From positions 24,140 to 88,139 of the forward strand of contig CALKEZ010000022.1 in the NCBI GenBank assembly GCA_938084745.1: a stretch of 64,000 nt of DNA, written 5' to 3'. Position numbers and translations under genes: made by a program. The stretch is from an uncultured Gammaproteobacteria bacterium (GTDB taxonomy: Bacteria; Pseudomonadota; Gammaproteobacteria; Eutrophobiales; Eutrophobiaceae). The first letter of the stretch is position 1, and each line of letters begins with the position of its first letter. Below the pieces are notes generated by a model, which had not been told where the DNA came from, did not search any database, and saw only the letters and a program-made list of their open reading frames with translations. Shown here in pieces: positions 52,122 through 62,164 of the stretch.

Positions 52122-52577
52122 AGCACCCCCTTATTTTAATGATGACGTTGGAATTGTAAAACATAGATGTGAATGCATACCCCATCGAAAATAGAAGCTT
52201 TCTTCTATAACGGAGCAGGCATGAAACTGAAGTGATTGATGAAGACTTTTCATAATACCGTTAATAACATTAGTCCATTTTATCGGACTCGACAACAATA
52301 AAAAATTAACAACATGCTTATCAATAGTTTACAAACGATACATTAATGTCAAGATTATGACTAACGAACAGATTCGTACCGTAGCCTGGTGCGAAGCATA
52401 AACGCGACCAACAACTTATTGGACGATTTAATGCTGATAGAATCAGCATTTAAAAATCATCGCGAGAAAGTCAATGTATCGACTCATCCCGAATAATGAT
52501 TTTCATATCACTGAATATATTTATGAATGGTTGTACACAAAAAACAAATTATTCAACTAAACCGGATATAATAGACA

Positions 52578-53507
52578 ATGATGATTATCATAAAATCTCT
52601 TGCTTTTGCATTATCAGGCATATGCTCTTTGGCTCTGGCTTCTGGCACGCAACAAGACTTTAATATTACCGAAGTAGTCGCAGGGAATTATCTGCATAAG
52701 GGTATGCATGTTTCTGTGGACGATATTCAACATGACGATATTGCTAATATTGGCTTTATCGTTGGTGACAAGTGTGTTGCTGTAATTGATACTGGAGGTT
52801 CGCTTAATACAGGTCAAAAATTATTAACTACAATTAAATCGACCACCAATAAACCCATCTGTTACGTAATCAACACCCACATCCATTATGATCATCTTCT
52901 GGGAAACAAGGCCTTTGTTCCCGAGCAGCCGAAGTTTGTCGGACATGAGCACCTTGCAGCAGAGGTTGAACAAAACAAATCATTTTTTCTAGAGCGATTC
53001 AAAAATGACCTCGGTGAAAATGCAGATGCATCAACCATTATAGGTCCTGAAATTTTAATCGATAAAACGACGACTCTGGATATTGGTGGCCGTAATTTAA
53101 CATTGATACCCTATCCAACATCACACAGTCATAGCGACATGATAGTTATTGATAACAAAACCAATACACTCTGGGCAGGGGACTTAATCTTTCGGGAACG
53201 CATACCTTCACTAACCGGAAGTCTGATTGGTTGGCTGAAGACCATGACTGAATTGCAGCAGTTACAGGTAAGTAACATTATCCCGGGGCATGGTAGTGTG
53301 ACAGACTCGATGTCCGAGGCAACACAAGGACAGCGAGAGTATCTGGAACGCTTATTAGACGAAACACGTAAGGCAATTGCTAAAGGGCTGTTTGTTAATG
53401 AGGCAGTGGAAAATATTGATAAGAATAACCAGTCAAACTGGTTGTTATTCGAATACCAGCACCCGACAAATGTCTCCAAAGCCTATAGCGAACTGGAATG
53501 GGAATAG
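52578..53507 (+). CDS. secreted metallo-beta-lactamase-fold hydrolase
   Basis: Signal peptide and the HxHxDH motif (NTHIHYDHLLGN), plus later His/Asp ligands (SHSHSD, PGHG). Confidence 0.8.
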   Translation: MMIIIKSLAFALSGICSLALASGTQQDFNITEVVAGNYLHKGMHVSVDDIQHDDIANIGFIVGDKCVAVIDTGGSLNTGQKLLTTIKSTTNKPICYVINTHIHYDHLLGNKAFVPEQPKFVGHEHLAAEVEQNKSFFLERFKNDLGENADASTIIGPEILIDKTTTLDIGGRNLTLIPYPTSHSHSDMIVIDNKTNTLWAGDLIFRERIPSLTGSLIGWLKTMTELQQLQVSNIIPGHGSVTDSMSEATQGQREYLERLLDETRKAIAKGLFVNEAVENIDKNNQSNWLLFEYQHPTNVSKAYSELEWE

Positions 53508-53560
53508 AATTGGACTATAATCAGTCACAACATAACTAAGCAGGTATACACAATACTTCG

Positions 53561-53899
53561 ATGCCAACATATGATTATTTTTGCGAAGACAATGGTCAGA
53601 CCATAGAGGTCTACCATGGTATCAATACCAAATTGAAAACCTGGGGAGAGGTCTGCTTCGCCGCACAAGTCCCACTGGGCGAAACAGATGTTTTAGCGCC
53701 GGTCAGACTCGTGATCAGACCGATTTCTATCAGTGTCCCGGTTGGGAATTCAAAACTTAAGGAACATGGCTTTACCAAGCTGGTCAAGCGCGATGATGGT
53801 GTTTATGAAAATGTTACGGCAACCGGCGGTGAAAAAAGATATATGAAAGCTGGCGATAAATCATCCCTTCCACACTTACACAAGAAAATTTCCAGTTAA
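53561..53899 (+). CDS. hypothetical protein (FmdB-like N-terminus without the second Cys pair)
   Basis: MPTYDYFCEDNGQ resembles the MPxYEYxCxxCG start of FmdB zinc-ribbon proteins, but the CxxC pairs are incomplete. Confidence 0.4.
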   Translation: MPTYDYFCEDNGQTIEVYHGINTKLKTWGEVCFAAQVPLGETDVLAPVRLVIRPISISVPVGNSKLKEHGFTKLVKRDDGVYENVTATGGEKRYMKAGDKSSLPHLHKKISS

Positions 53900-54023
53900 G
53901 GATAAAATCAGCACAAGTTTGCACAGGACTTGTGAAGATCGTCACAGTTAATCGTTACAGAATAAATACGTTGTTCTTTTAACGTATACTTTGCGGTCAA
54001 GATTTATACTAGTGAGAGAGACC

Positions 54024-54578
54024 ATGATCAAACGTATTTTTATATTGATTAGCATAATCATACCGCTCCTATCAGCGTCCGTTTTCGCGGAAGATGATAA
54101 CTACGATAAAAACAGTATTATTAATGATGCCGCCGATTTCTTTGGTGAAGGCACGGAAGGCCTTGGCGAGGTAATTGAAAAGATATTCAAGCAACATGGC
54201 CGACCGAATGCAATTATTAAAGGTGAGGAAGCCAGTGGCGCGTTAGGTATCGGAGCACGTTATGGCAACGGTACGCTAACCATGAAAAAAGGAGGTTCCA
54301 CAACGGTTCACTGGACCGGACCTTCAATCGGGTTTGATGCCGGCGCAAATGCTTCCAAGGTATTCGTGCTTATCTACCATCTCCCCAATGCCGGTGCTTT
54401 ATTTCAACGCTTTCCAGCCGTTGACGGTAGTCTGTATTTCATCGGCGGTATTAGCGCCAACTATCATCAATCAGACAATATTATTCTCGCGCCGATGCGT
54501 TTAGGCGCTGGGTTAAGAGCCGGGGTCAATGTGGGTTATATGAAATACACCCGTAAAAAGACCTGGAATCCGTTTTGA
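54024..54578 (+). CDS. secreted DUF1134-like protein
   Basis: Signal peptide MIKRIFILISIIIPLLSASVFA. The motifs GEEASGALGIGARYGNGTL, GPSIGFDAG, FIGGISANY and the terminal WNPF match my memory of DUF1134. Confidence 0.65.
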   Translation: MIKRIFILISIIIPLLSASVFAEDDNYDKNSIINDAADFFGEGTEGLGEVIEKIFKQHGRPNAIIKGEEASGALGIGARYGNGTLTMKKGGSTTVHWTGPSIGFDAGANASKVFVLIYHLPNAGALFQRFPAVDGSLYFIGGISANYHQSDNIILAPMRLGAGLRAGVNVGYMKYTRKKTWNPF

Positions 54579-54698
54579 CTGCGGATAGTTTCAGTTAAAA
54601 CCCTCATTTTCCAAATTTGAGTCAAATTAATGCTTTTGTTTTTTAATGCGAATGCTTATCATTAACAAATTATAGGCTCTATCCGTAAAATTACTCAT

Positions 54699-55283
54699 AT
54701 GCACAAATTCAGCTTTTTAATCAGCCTGTCTCTCCTGCTTGGCCTGAGTCCTCAGACCTATAGCAGTGGCACCATGAATGAAGATGAAGCACGCAATGTC
54801 GACCGCGTTGATGTTTCAAGTGAAGCAGATCGACAACGCCTTTCTGTCACCGCGGGTTTATTAGCCGATTATGAGATCGCCGGAAAAAAATTAATTGCCA
54901 ACCTGAATGACGAAACATCAAAAGCGGAAGATGTCAGTAATCAGGCCAGTAATTTATTACATTTGTCTGAAGATATTATAAAGAGTGCTCAGTACAGACT
55001 GCCTCAGTGTGATGAATACCTGGCAAAGACCGTTGCAGTTAAAGCTGTTTTAAAAGATATGTCGCATGATGCCCTGGAAAAAGACTACCATCATGATGGT
55101 GCGCTTCCGAAAGCGCCGGGCGAGTGCTACCACACCAAAGACTTATTTGTTCATCCGGCAACCGTTATTATTTTAACGCGCGATGATCCTTCATTAAACA
55201 AGGCCACCAGAGCCTCGATAAACGCTGAAATAAGTGAAGTTCTGGCGCACACTGAAATAGTCAGACAGCTTGTGGTTTACTAA
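54699..55283 (+). CDS. hypothetical secreted helical protein
   Basis: Signal peptide MHKFSFLISLSLLLGLSPQTYS. There are two Cys residues and no recognised family. Confidence 0.5.
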   Translation: MHKFSFLISLSLLLGLSPQTYSSGTMNEDEARNVDRVDVSSEADRQRLSVTAGLLADYEIAGKKLIANLNDETSKAEDVSNQASNLLHLSEDIIKSAQYRLPQCDEYLAKTVAVKAVLKDMSHDALEKDYHHDGALPKAPGECYHTKDLFVHPATVIILTRDDPSLNKATRASINAEISEVLAHTEIVRQLVVY

Positions 55284-55598
55284 ATCGATGAATATAGAAT
55301 AAAAACACCTGCCAAATCCAGCCTCGAACACCACTACTGGAATAAATCGTCATTCCTGTTCATATGAGTATGAATGGAACAAGTCATTACTCAATATGTC
55401 ATAATAATCAAGTTATCAAGTGTTTAAAACCGGGGTTTAAAGACTTGATAAGCGACTATTAAATATCGTTTCAGAGCAACAAGCCTATCTGAATATTGAT
55501 AAGGTCTACATTGCCGTTAAAAATTTTAGAACTGATTTGCTGGTAAAAAATAGAGATAGCCGGCGGGTTTCTTCTTTCACAAGCTAGGGAAGTTATTG

Positions 55599-56279
55599 AT
55601 GACCGGACAGTTTCACAGTAATTGCAGTATAAAAATTATCTTTTTATCTTCATTGCTTGCTTTTCTAGCAGCGTGCAACACAGTGCCAACCAAAGAAAAT
55701 GACAAGAGTACTCCGGAACCTGATAAAAACGCCGCGACTGATTCAGCACCCGACACTCAAGACGCCTACACAAAAAATAGCAGCCAGGCTACGCCAACAA
55801 AAAATTCAGCACCAACCGAGCCTACTACAACAAACAATTCCTCCAGCCTGACTAGTGAAGAACAGACTCAGCAACTTGACCAGCAACTGGATGAGCGGTT
55901 TGCGGACTTTGATAGATTGTTGTTGCGCGAACATGAGTTTTTAAAAGAGCAGCAAAATGAACAAGGTGCGCCGCAAAGTGCGACTAGTGGTGGAGGCGGA
56001 GGTAGTGTTGGAAGTGGCCTTGATGGAATAGATGATTATGGCCCACTTGCCGATGAGGGCACGGCAGCAAATGGCGACCCGCCTGGCACTCAACAGAATG
56101 GTGGTGGAAATGCATTTCCAAGCGACAATACCAATATTAATATTCCTCCCGATCTGGTAAACAGTAAAGGTGATGATGTAATTGCAAGACAGTTACGTGA
56201 AGCTGCAATGAAAGAAAAAGATCCCGAACTCAGGGAAAAACTCTGGAATGAATATAGAAAATATAAAAGTGGTATATAG
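55599..56279 (+). CDS. lipoprotein, low-complexity linker plus a conserved-looking C-terminal helix; first gene of the 55.6-64 kb operon
   Basis: Lipobox LAFLAAC|NT, a T/S/P/N/G-rich middle, and the C-terminus DDVIARQLREAAMKEKDPELREKLWNEYRKYK. Confidence 0.6.
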   Translation: MTGQFHSNCSIKIIFLSSLLAFLAACNTVPTKENDKSTPEPDKNAATDSAPDTQDAYTKNSSQATPTKNSAPTEPTTTNNSSSLTSEEQTQQLDQQLDERFADFDRLLLREHEFLKEQQNEQGAPQSATSGGGGGSVGSGLDGIDDYGPLADEGTAANGDPPGTQQNGGGNAFPSDNTNINIPPDLVNSKGDDVIARQLREAAMKEKDPELREKLWNEYRKYKSGI

Positions 56280-56296
56280 GAGAAGGGTGATACGGC

Positions 56297-57463
56297 ATGC
56301 AAAAAGTTAATAATATATTCGTCGTTGGCATAATTATATTTCTCACTGCTTGTAACTCAACCACGATCAGGAGTACGAATACAGACCCGGTACTTATTAC
56401 CGGCGCCGCTATTCCGGAAGCATTATTACTTGATGTCGGTATTAATATATTTGATCCCGATATTACGGACAGTAAAACTAAAGATATCAATGGTTATACA
56501 AAGATCATCGAAGCCGAAGCACGTTACATACCTTTTAAACTTATGGAAACGATTCAGGGCAGTGGCAATTGGGGCGTAGTTCGTCTCATCCCGGATAAAC
56601 AAAGTGAAATGGATGTTTGGGTCGACGGCAAGATCATTAAATCCGATGGCGCAAGCCTGGAGCTGGACATTACAGTGAGTGATTCCGGTAATAACAAATG
56701 GTATAGCAAACGTTACAAACAGGAAGCGAGCAAATACGCTTATGACAGTAACTCAAACAGGATCGAACCCTTTCAGAATTTATACGATCAGGTTGCCAAC
56801 GATATGTTGCAGTATTACAAGAAGCTGGATACTGACAAAATTACAAAAATTCGTACTATTACTAAATTACAATTTGCCAAACGCTTCTCTCCGGAAGCCT
56901 TTAGCGAATATATTGAAACGGACAATAAAGGTCGTTTATTCATTAAACGGTTACCGGCAAAAAACGACCCCCTGCTACAGCGTATAGAATCCATACGCGA
57001 ACGAGATCATTTGTTTGTTGATACCTTGCAGGAATATTACGCTAACTTTGCGCGGCAGATGGAAGAACCCTATCACGAGTGGCGTCGTGCTTATTACGAA
57101 GAAGGCGAGGCATTACGTGCAGTCAACAATCAGGCCGCTACCCGCCTGGTTGGTGGTGTAGTGGCCGTGTTAGCCGGCATACTTGCTCAGGGCAGCAGTT
57201 CCTCCGTTGCTCAAGCCGCGGGACAGGTCGGTATAATTGCAGGCGGTGCTGCAGTTGTTAGCGGATTTAATAAACGAGAGGAAGCCAAGATTCATAAAGA
57301 AGCGTTACAGGAAATTTCGGCCTCACTGGATGCGGAAATAAAACCACATACAGTTAATCTCGAAGAGCGCAGAGTTACCCTTACTGGTTCAGTTAATGAT
57401 CAATATACACAATGGCGTGAAGTGTTACGTGAGATATACAAGACTGAAACCGGTTCAATTTAA
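56297..57463 (+). CDS. lipoprotein with a C-terminal Gly/Ala-rich (glycine-zipper-like) hydrophobic segment
   Basis: Lipobox IIFLTAC|NS. The hydrophobic segment is RLVGGVVAVLAGILAQGSSSSVAQAAGQVGIIAGGAAVVSGF. The gap to the upstream gene is 17 nt. Confidence 0.6.
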   Translation: MQKVNNIFVVGIIIFLTACNSTTIRSTNTDPVLITGAAIPEALLLDVGINIFDPDITDSKTKDINGYTKIIEAEARYIPFKLMETIQGSGNWGVVRLIPDKQSEMDVWVDGKIIKSDGASLELDITVSDSGNNKWYSKRYKQEASKYAYDSNSNRIEPFQNLYDQVANDMLQYYKKLDTDKITKIRTITKLQFAKRFSPEAFSEYIETDNKGRLFIKRLPAKNDPLLQRIESIRERDHLFVDTLQEYYANFARQMEEPYHEWRRAYYEEGEALRAVNNQAATRLVGGVVAVLAGILAQGSSSSVAQAAGQVGIIAGGAAVVSGFNKREEAKIHKEALQEISASLDAEIKPHTVNLEERRVTLTGSVNDQYTQWREVLREIYKTETGSI

Positions 57464-57480
57464 CGCTATCATGCATTGCT

Positions 57481-59046
57481 ATGCGCACGAAAAATGATTC
57501 CGAAGACGGTTTTAAGGAAATAAAAGCTGTTCCATTTAATCAGGATGGTGAAACGTCAGCAGCTGCGGTAAACGTAAACACTCTCAGGTATAAAACGCCG
57601 GGACTTATCTTTGGCCTTGCTGCGCTTTTAATCGGAATCATTGTTGTTGTCTTTTTTTTACCTGATTGGGTAAAGAAAAATAATTCTGCTGCATCAAAAA
57701 ACCTGCCGAAGAGTACTACGGTTAGTTCAATACCGTCTGTATCAGAACCCTCATCTTCAGCTCTGCCCTCCCCACCTGATACAGCAATTAAATCACCAGC
57801 CGAAGTAGCCCGTGATGTGGAGCTACGAAAAGAAGCACAAAACCATCTGCAAGATATCCTCGAAAAACAGAATACGCTTAAACAAAATAATGCCCAAATA
57901 TGGTCAGCTGAAAAATACGCCGCCGGACAGAACCATGCTGCCGAAGGTGATCAATTTTATAATCAACAGCAATTTTTACAGGCCAATACAGCCTATAAAA
58001 ACGCTCTGCTTATCTTTGATGATCTGGTTGACCAGATCGATATTCTCTACCATGAAAAGATTGAGCAAGGCCAACAGGCTCTCGACAGCGGTGAATCAAT
58101 GCAGGCGTTGAGTGCATTTGAAATGGCATCTTTATTTACGGACGAATCTCTTCTGGCGGCAAAGGGACTGCAACGTGCCCGGAAACTGGATGAGGTATTT
58201 ATGCATATTGAGCACGGCAATGAGGCACTGAACGAGGGTCGCTTAAACGATGCTAAAAATGCTTTTCAGGCGGCATTGGAACTGGATAATGAGACCAAAG
58301 TTGCCCGACAAAAACTTGAAGAGACTAATAATTTACTCGCTAACAATCAATTTAACGCACATATGACAGCAGGTTACGCTGCACTGGAGCAACAACGCTA
58401 TGGCACGGCCAGTAATGAATTTAAGCATGCCTTAAAAATTCAACCGGCGTCCACGTCTGCTAAAACAGCATTGCAACAAACCAAACATCAGGCAATAACA
58501 CTTGAGATTAGTAATACGTTGCAACAAGCTACGGATAATGAAAAAAATGAGCAATGGCAAAAAGCAATTGAACTGTATGACTATGCACTGAAACTTGAGA
58601 ACAACCTTACCCAGGCACAAATCGGGAAACAGCGTGCACAACGCCAATTATTGACTAGGCAGAAACTAGACCAGATATTGTCACAACCAGAAAGACTAAG
58701 TAATAAAAATATACATGCCGAGGCAACTGCCTATTACACGAATACCATTAAACTTGATAATCAAGGCCCCATACTTACCAAACAGCTCAATGAACTTAAA
58801 ACATTACTGGAAGTAAGTGCAACACCGGTAACGATACGACTTGAGTCAGACAATGCGACTAATGTCACCATCTATAAGGTCGGCAAGATGGGGCTCTTTA
58901 AATCAACAGAATTGAGTTTACGGCCGGGGAAGTATGTTGCCGTTGGCAAACGCGATGGTTATAGAGACATCCGTGTTGAATTTCTAGTATCACAAAACAC
59001 AATGGAAACGGTTATACGAATCGCTGCCAATGAAAAAATTAACTAG
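57481..59046 (+). CDS. bitopic protein: short cytoplasmic N-terminus, TM helix, long TPR-like helical region, C-terminal PEGA-like beta domain
   Basis: TM helix GLIFGLAALLIGIIVVVFFL. Repeated A/L/Q/N-rich helical pairs (e.g. NDAKNAFQAALELDNETKVARQKLEE). The C-terminus is VTIRLESDNATNVTIYKVG...LRPGKYVAVGKRDGYRDIRVEFLV. Confidence 0.62.
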   Translation: MRTKNDSEDGFKEIKAVPFNQDGETSAAAVNVNTLRYKTPGLIFGLAALLIGIIVVVFFLPDWVKKNNSAASKNLPKSTTVSSIPSVSEPSSSALPSPPDTAIKSPAEVARDVELRKEAQNHLQDILEKQNTLKQNNAQIWSAEKYAAGQNHAAEGDQFYNQQQFLQANTAYKNALLIFDDLVDQIDILYHEKIEQGQQALDSGESMQALSAFEMASLFTDESLLAAKGLQRARKLDEVFMHIEHGNEALNEGRLNDAKNAFQAALELDNETKVARQKLEETNNLLANNQFNAHMTAGYAALEQQRYGTASNEFKHALKIQPASTSAKTALQQTKHQAITLEISNTLQQATDNEKNEQWQKAIELYDYALKLENNLTQAQIGKQRAQRQLLTRQKLDQILSQPERLSNKNIHAEATAYYTNTIKLDNQGPILTKQLNELKTLLEVSATPVTIRLESDNATNVTIYKVGKMGLFKSTELSLRPGKYVAVGKRDGYRDIRVEFLVSQNTMETVIRIAANEKIN

Positions 59047-59060
59047 CTTTATTTCATCTT

Positions 59061-61103
59061 ATGCAACATATTGAACCTGTCAATTTTGAGCCTCCCGGTC
59101 CCCATAAAAAAATTGCTAGAAAATCTCGCTCCTTACTACTCACGGGCCCCCTGTTTTTTTTATTTATTTTACTGGTGGGTATAACCGGATTCCTGTTCAC
59201 GAGTAAATCAGTAACCATTATTACTCAACCGGCTAATGCCGAGATCGCAATAAACACATTACTGAAACTTACCTTTTCAGAGCGCCACTTGCTAAGAAAA
59301 GGAAACTATGAAATTGACGTTAATGCGCAGGGTTATTACCCTCTAAATGAAATATTAGAAGTCGGTGATAAACAAAACCAGGAAATAGCATATGTTCTGA
59401 AACCACTACCAGGACATATGCAAGTTGCTGTTGCCGATACCCAGGGTGAAGCAACCATTTTTCTGGATGGCGTTGAACAAGGTTTTGCCCCGATGAAACT
59501 TAACAATATCGAGGCCGGCTCGCATCGCATTACCATTGAAGCGGAACGTTATTTTCCATATGAACAGGAGATAGAAATTGAAGGGAAAGATACACTCCAG
59601 AATTTAAACGTGGAACTTGTTCCTGCCTGGGCAAAAATAGAATTTGATTCTGATCCTGCCGCAGCCGAGATTATCATTGATGATGAAGCGCTGGCAAAGA
59701 CGCCGTCAACAGTTGAGCTGTTGCAGGGCAAGCACAATGTCAGGGTTAAAAAATCCGGCTTTAAGGATTGGCAAAAAACCATTAATGTTATCGCTAGCCA
59801 AGCCCAAACCTATACCGATATTAAACTGAAGCCCGCCGATGCAACCCTGTACGTTGACTCTGAACCGGCCGGAGCCAATGTTACTGTCGATGGTAATTAT
59901 GCTGGTAAAACACCATTGGAAATTGCTATCAATCCAGGCAAAACAAGTTTGGTACGCCTCTATAAACAAGGCTACACCGCCAAGATCAGTAACGTTAAAT
60001 TGGCAGCCGGAGAAAACAAGCATCTGAACATAACAATGTCTTCTGAACTCGTTGACGTTGCTTTTAATCTTGTTCCTGCAGATGCAAGACTGTATATCAA
60101 TAATAAGCTCATGCAACTGTCGGGTAAAACTTTAGCGTTACCAACAACGCAACAATCTATTGCTGTGCGCAAAGAAGGTTACGTTGACTACCAAACAACC
60201 ATCACGCCCATAGAAGGTATTCCCCAACAGGTCAACGTAACGCTCAAGTCCCTGCAACAACAAAAGCTGGAAAATATTAAACCCGTAATTACGAGCAATG
60301 CCGGGCAACAATTAAAACTGTTTTACCCGTATGGATTTACTATGGGGGCTTCACGTCGCGAGCCTGGACGTAGAGCAAACGAGGCAATACAAACAGTTGA
60401 ATTGAAACGACCCTTCTATCTTGGTATCACTGAAGTCACAAATGATGAGTTTCGTTTATTCAAAGCCGAACACGATTCCGGTGTAATACAAGGCCATAGC
60501 ATGAACAATGGCAAACAACCTGTTGCTAATGTTAGCTGGGAAAGTGCCGCCGCTTACTGCAACTGGTTGAGTCGAAAAGATTCTTTGCAGCCGTTTTATA
60601 TGATCTCCAATAATAAGATTACCAGTATTGATGCAAGTGCTAATGGTTACCGCTTGCCCAGTGAAGCTGAATGGGCCTGGGCTGCCAGGAGCACTAATAA
60701 AACTGATTTATTAAAATTTCCGTGGGGAGATAAACTGCCACCAACTAAAAAAAGTGGTAATTACGCCGACAGTAGTGCCGCCGGATTTTTAGGGAAAACT
60801 ATTAGCAACTATAATGATGGATATGCTGTTGCAGCACCTGTAGCCAGCTTCGCCGCTAATCACCATGGACTCTATGACATGGGTGGAAACGTTGCAGAAT
60901 GGGTGCATGACTATTACTCTGTACAATCAATTCGCGATGAAAAAAGGGTCGATCCACTTGGGCCTGTCAAAGGAGAATTTCATGTTATCCGCGGTGCTTC
61001 ATGGGCTCATGGTACTATTACAGAATTACGCTTATCGTATAGAGACTACACTGACAAACCCCGGGAAGATGTCGGTTTTCGTATTGCCCGATATCTGGAA
61101 TAA
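59061..61103 (+). CDS. bitopic PEGA-repeat protein with a C-terminal FGE/SUMF1-like domain lacking the catalytic Cys pair
   Basis: TM helix LLLTGPLFFLFILLVGITGFLF. About five PEGA-type repeats (e.g. SEPAGANVTVDGNYAGKTPLE, SDPAAAEIIIDDEALAKTPST). FGE-like region: YRLPSEAEWAWAAR, GNVAEWVHD and VIRGASWAHGTITELRLSYRDY. Confidence 0.8.
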   Translation: MQHIEPVNFEPPGPHKKIARKSRSLLLTGPLFFLFILLVGITGFLFTSKSVTIITQPANAEIAINTLLKLTFSERHLLRKGNYEIDVNAQGYYPLNEILEVGDKQNQEIAYVLKPLPGHMQVAVADTQGEATIFLDGVEQGFAPMKLNNIEAGSHRITIEAERYFPYEQEIEIEGKDTLQNLNVELVPAWAKIEFDSDPAAAEIIIDDEALAKTPSTVELLQGKHNVRVKKSGFKDWQKTINVIASQAQTYTDIKLKPADATLYVDSEPAGANVTVDGNYAGKTPLEIAINPGKTSLVRLYKQGYTAKISNVKLAAGENKHLNITMSSELVDVAFNLVPADARLYINNKLMQLSGKTLALPTTQQSIAVRKEGYVDYQTTITPIEGIPQQVNVTLKSLQQQKLENIKPVITSNAGQQLKLFYPYGFTMGASRREPGRRANEAIQTVELKRPFYLGITEVTNDEFRLFKAEHDSGVIQGHSMNNGKQPVANVSWESAAAYCNWLSRKDSLQPFYMISNNKITSIDASANGYRLPSEAEWAWAARSTNKTDLLKFPWGDKLPPTKKSGNYADSSAAGFLGKTISNYNDGYAVAAPVASFAANHHGLYDMGGNVAEWVHDYYSVQSIRDEKRVDPLGPVKGEFHVIRGASWAHGTITELRLSYRDYTDKPREDVGFRIARYLE

Positions 61104-61120
61104 AAAGATCGGATTTCGAT

Positions 61121-61336
61121 ATGAATAGAACGCTTTTATTTTTATTATTATTTATCTCTAGCTTTGCAATGGCAGAACAAGACGTTGAAGAAGACACCAT
61201 GACAAGTAATGAACAGCAAGCGGAAACAGCAACGACCACTTCATCGACACCAGCAACGGTGAAAACGCCGGACTCATTCGACCCGACTGAAACCCTTTCT
61301 CAGGACGTGCCCGCTGCCTTCCCTGTAGACATATAA
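61121..61336 (+). CDS. small secreted acidic/Thr-rich protein
   Basis: 71 aa with signal peptide MNRTLLFLLLFISSFAMA. It sits between the FGE-like and MotA-like genes, with gaps of 17 and 12 nt. Confidence 0.5.
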   Translation: MNRTLLFLLLFISSFAMAEQDVEEDTMTSNEQQAETATTTSSTPATVKTPDSFDPTETLSQDVPAAFPVDI

Positions 61337-61348
61337 CGATATACCCAT

Positions 61349-62149
61349 ATGAATAAACACAACCCACTGTCTGATTTTCTATATCAAGTAATCGCTTTAT
61401 TTGTGGCATTGATTATTGTGCACAGTCTTTATGTTGCAGTGATTCGTCCCAATGCTGATGCTTTACTGGAACAGCAGGCCACTCAGCAAGCGGCCGGGGA
61501 AACTTATGAAATTGAACGTTCCATGTATATTGTCCTTAAAGACTTTGAACAAGAAGCCTGTTTTATTCTGGCATTATGGGTATTTGCGATCATGGCACTG
61601 AAGGCCAAAAAAATACTGAGAGAACGCGCATTACTATCACAGACTTTAATTAATATAAGTCCAGGTACCAGCCTTTTGCCGGAAGATACACGCGAATACT
61701 CGAGGCCGATACAAAACCTGGCGGAAAATGAACAAGAGTACCTGTTACCCCGAGCCTTACTTTCGGGTTTGCAGCGCTTCGGCTCGACCCAGAACATTCA
61801 GGATGTCGCCACGACGATTAAAGATATTTGTGAACACGAATCCGAGCGCCTCGATTCAGAACTGTCGATGGTTCGATATATCATATGGGCCATACCCTCT
61901 ATCGGCTTTATTGGTACTGTCCGCGGTATAGGAGAAGCACTGGGCCAGGCACACCGGGCCGTTGAAGGTGATATCCTGGGCGTCACATTGAGTTTGGGTG
62001 TTGCGTTTAATTCAACATTTGTCGCGTTGATCATCAGTATTTTTATTATGTTCTTAATGCATCAATTGCAACTATTGCAAGAAAGACTGGTGCTCGATAC
62101 GCAGCGCTATTGTGATATGAATCTGCTTCGTCATCTTAAAACGCTGTAA
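61349..62149 (+). CDS. MotA/TolQ/ExbB-family proton-channel protein
   Basis: An N-terminal TM helix, a cytoplasmic helical region, then the family signature region IWAIPSIGFIGTVRGIGEALG and a further TM helix FVALIISIFIMFLMH. Confidence 0.8.
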   Translation: MNKHNPLSDFLYQVIALFVALIIVHSLYVAVIRPNADALLEQQATQQAAGETYEIERSMYIVLKDFEQEACFILALWVFAIMALKAKKILRERALLSQTLINISPGTSLLPEDTREYSRPIQNLAENEQEYLLPRALLSGLQRFGSTQNIQDVATTIKDICEHESERLDSELSMVRYIIWAIPSIGFIGTVRGIGEALGQAHRAVEGDILGVTLSLGVAFNSTFVALIISIFIMFLMHQLQLLQERLVLDTQRYCDMNLLRHLKTL

Positions 62150-62164
62150 AGAATTTTCTGAATT

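Noticed and set aside
52122-52577. 456-nt intergenic region examined for an sRNA or small gene: a 14-codon ORF (MTNEQIRTVAWCEA), a 21-codon ORF, a roughly 55-codon ORF overlapping the MBL signal peptide, and the hairpin aatgctga-tagaa-tcagcatt near 52431-52451
   Set aside because: None has a convincing SD or a known peptide signature; for example there is no PqqA-like E-x3-Y motif. The hairpin lacks a U-tract, and I recognise no RNA family.
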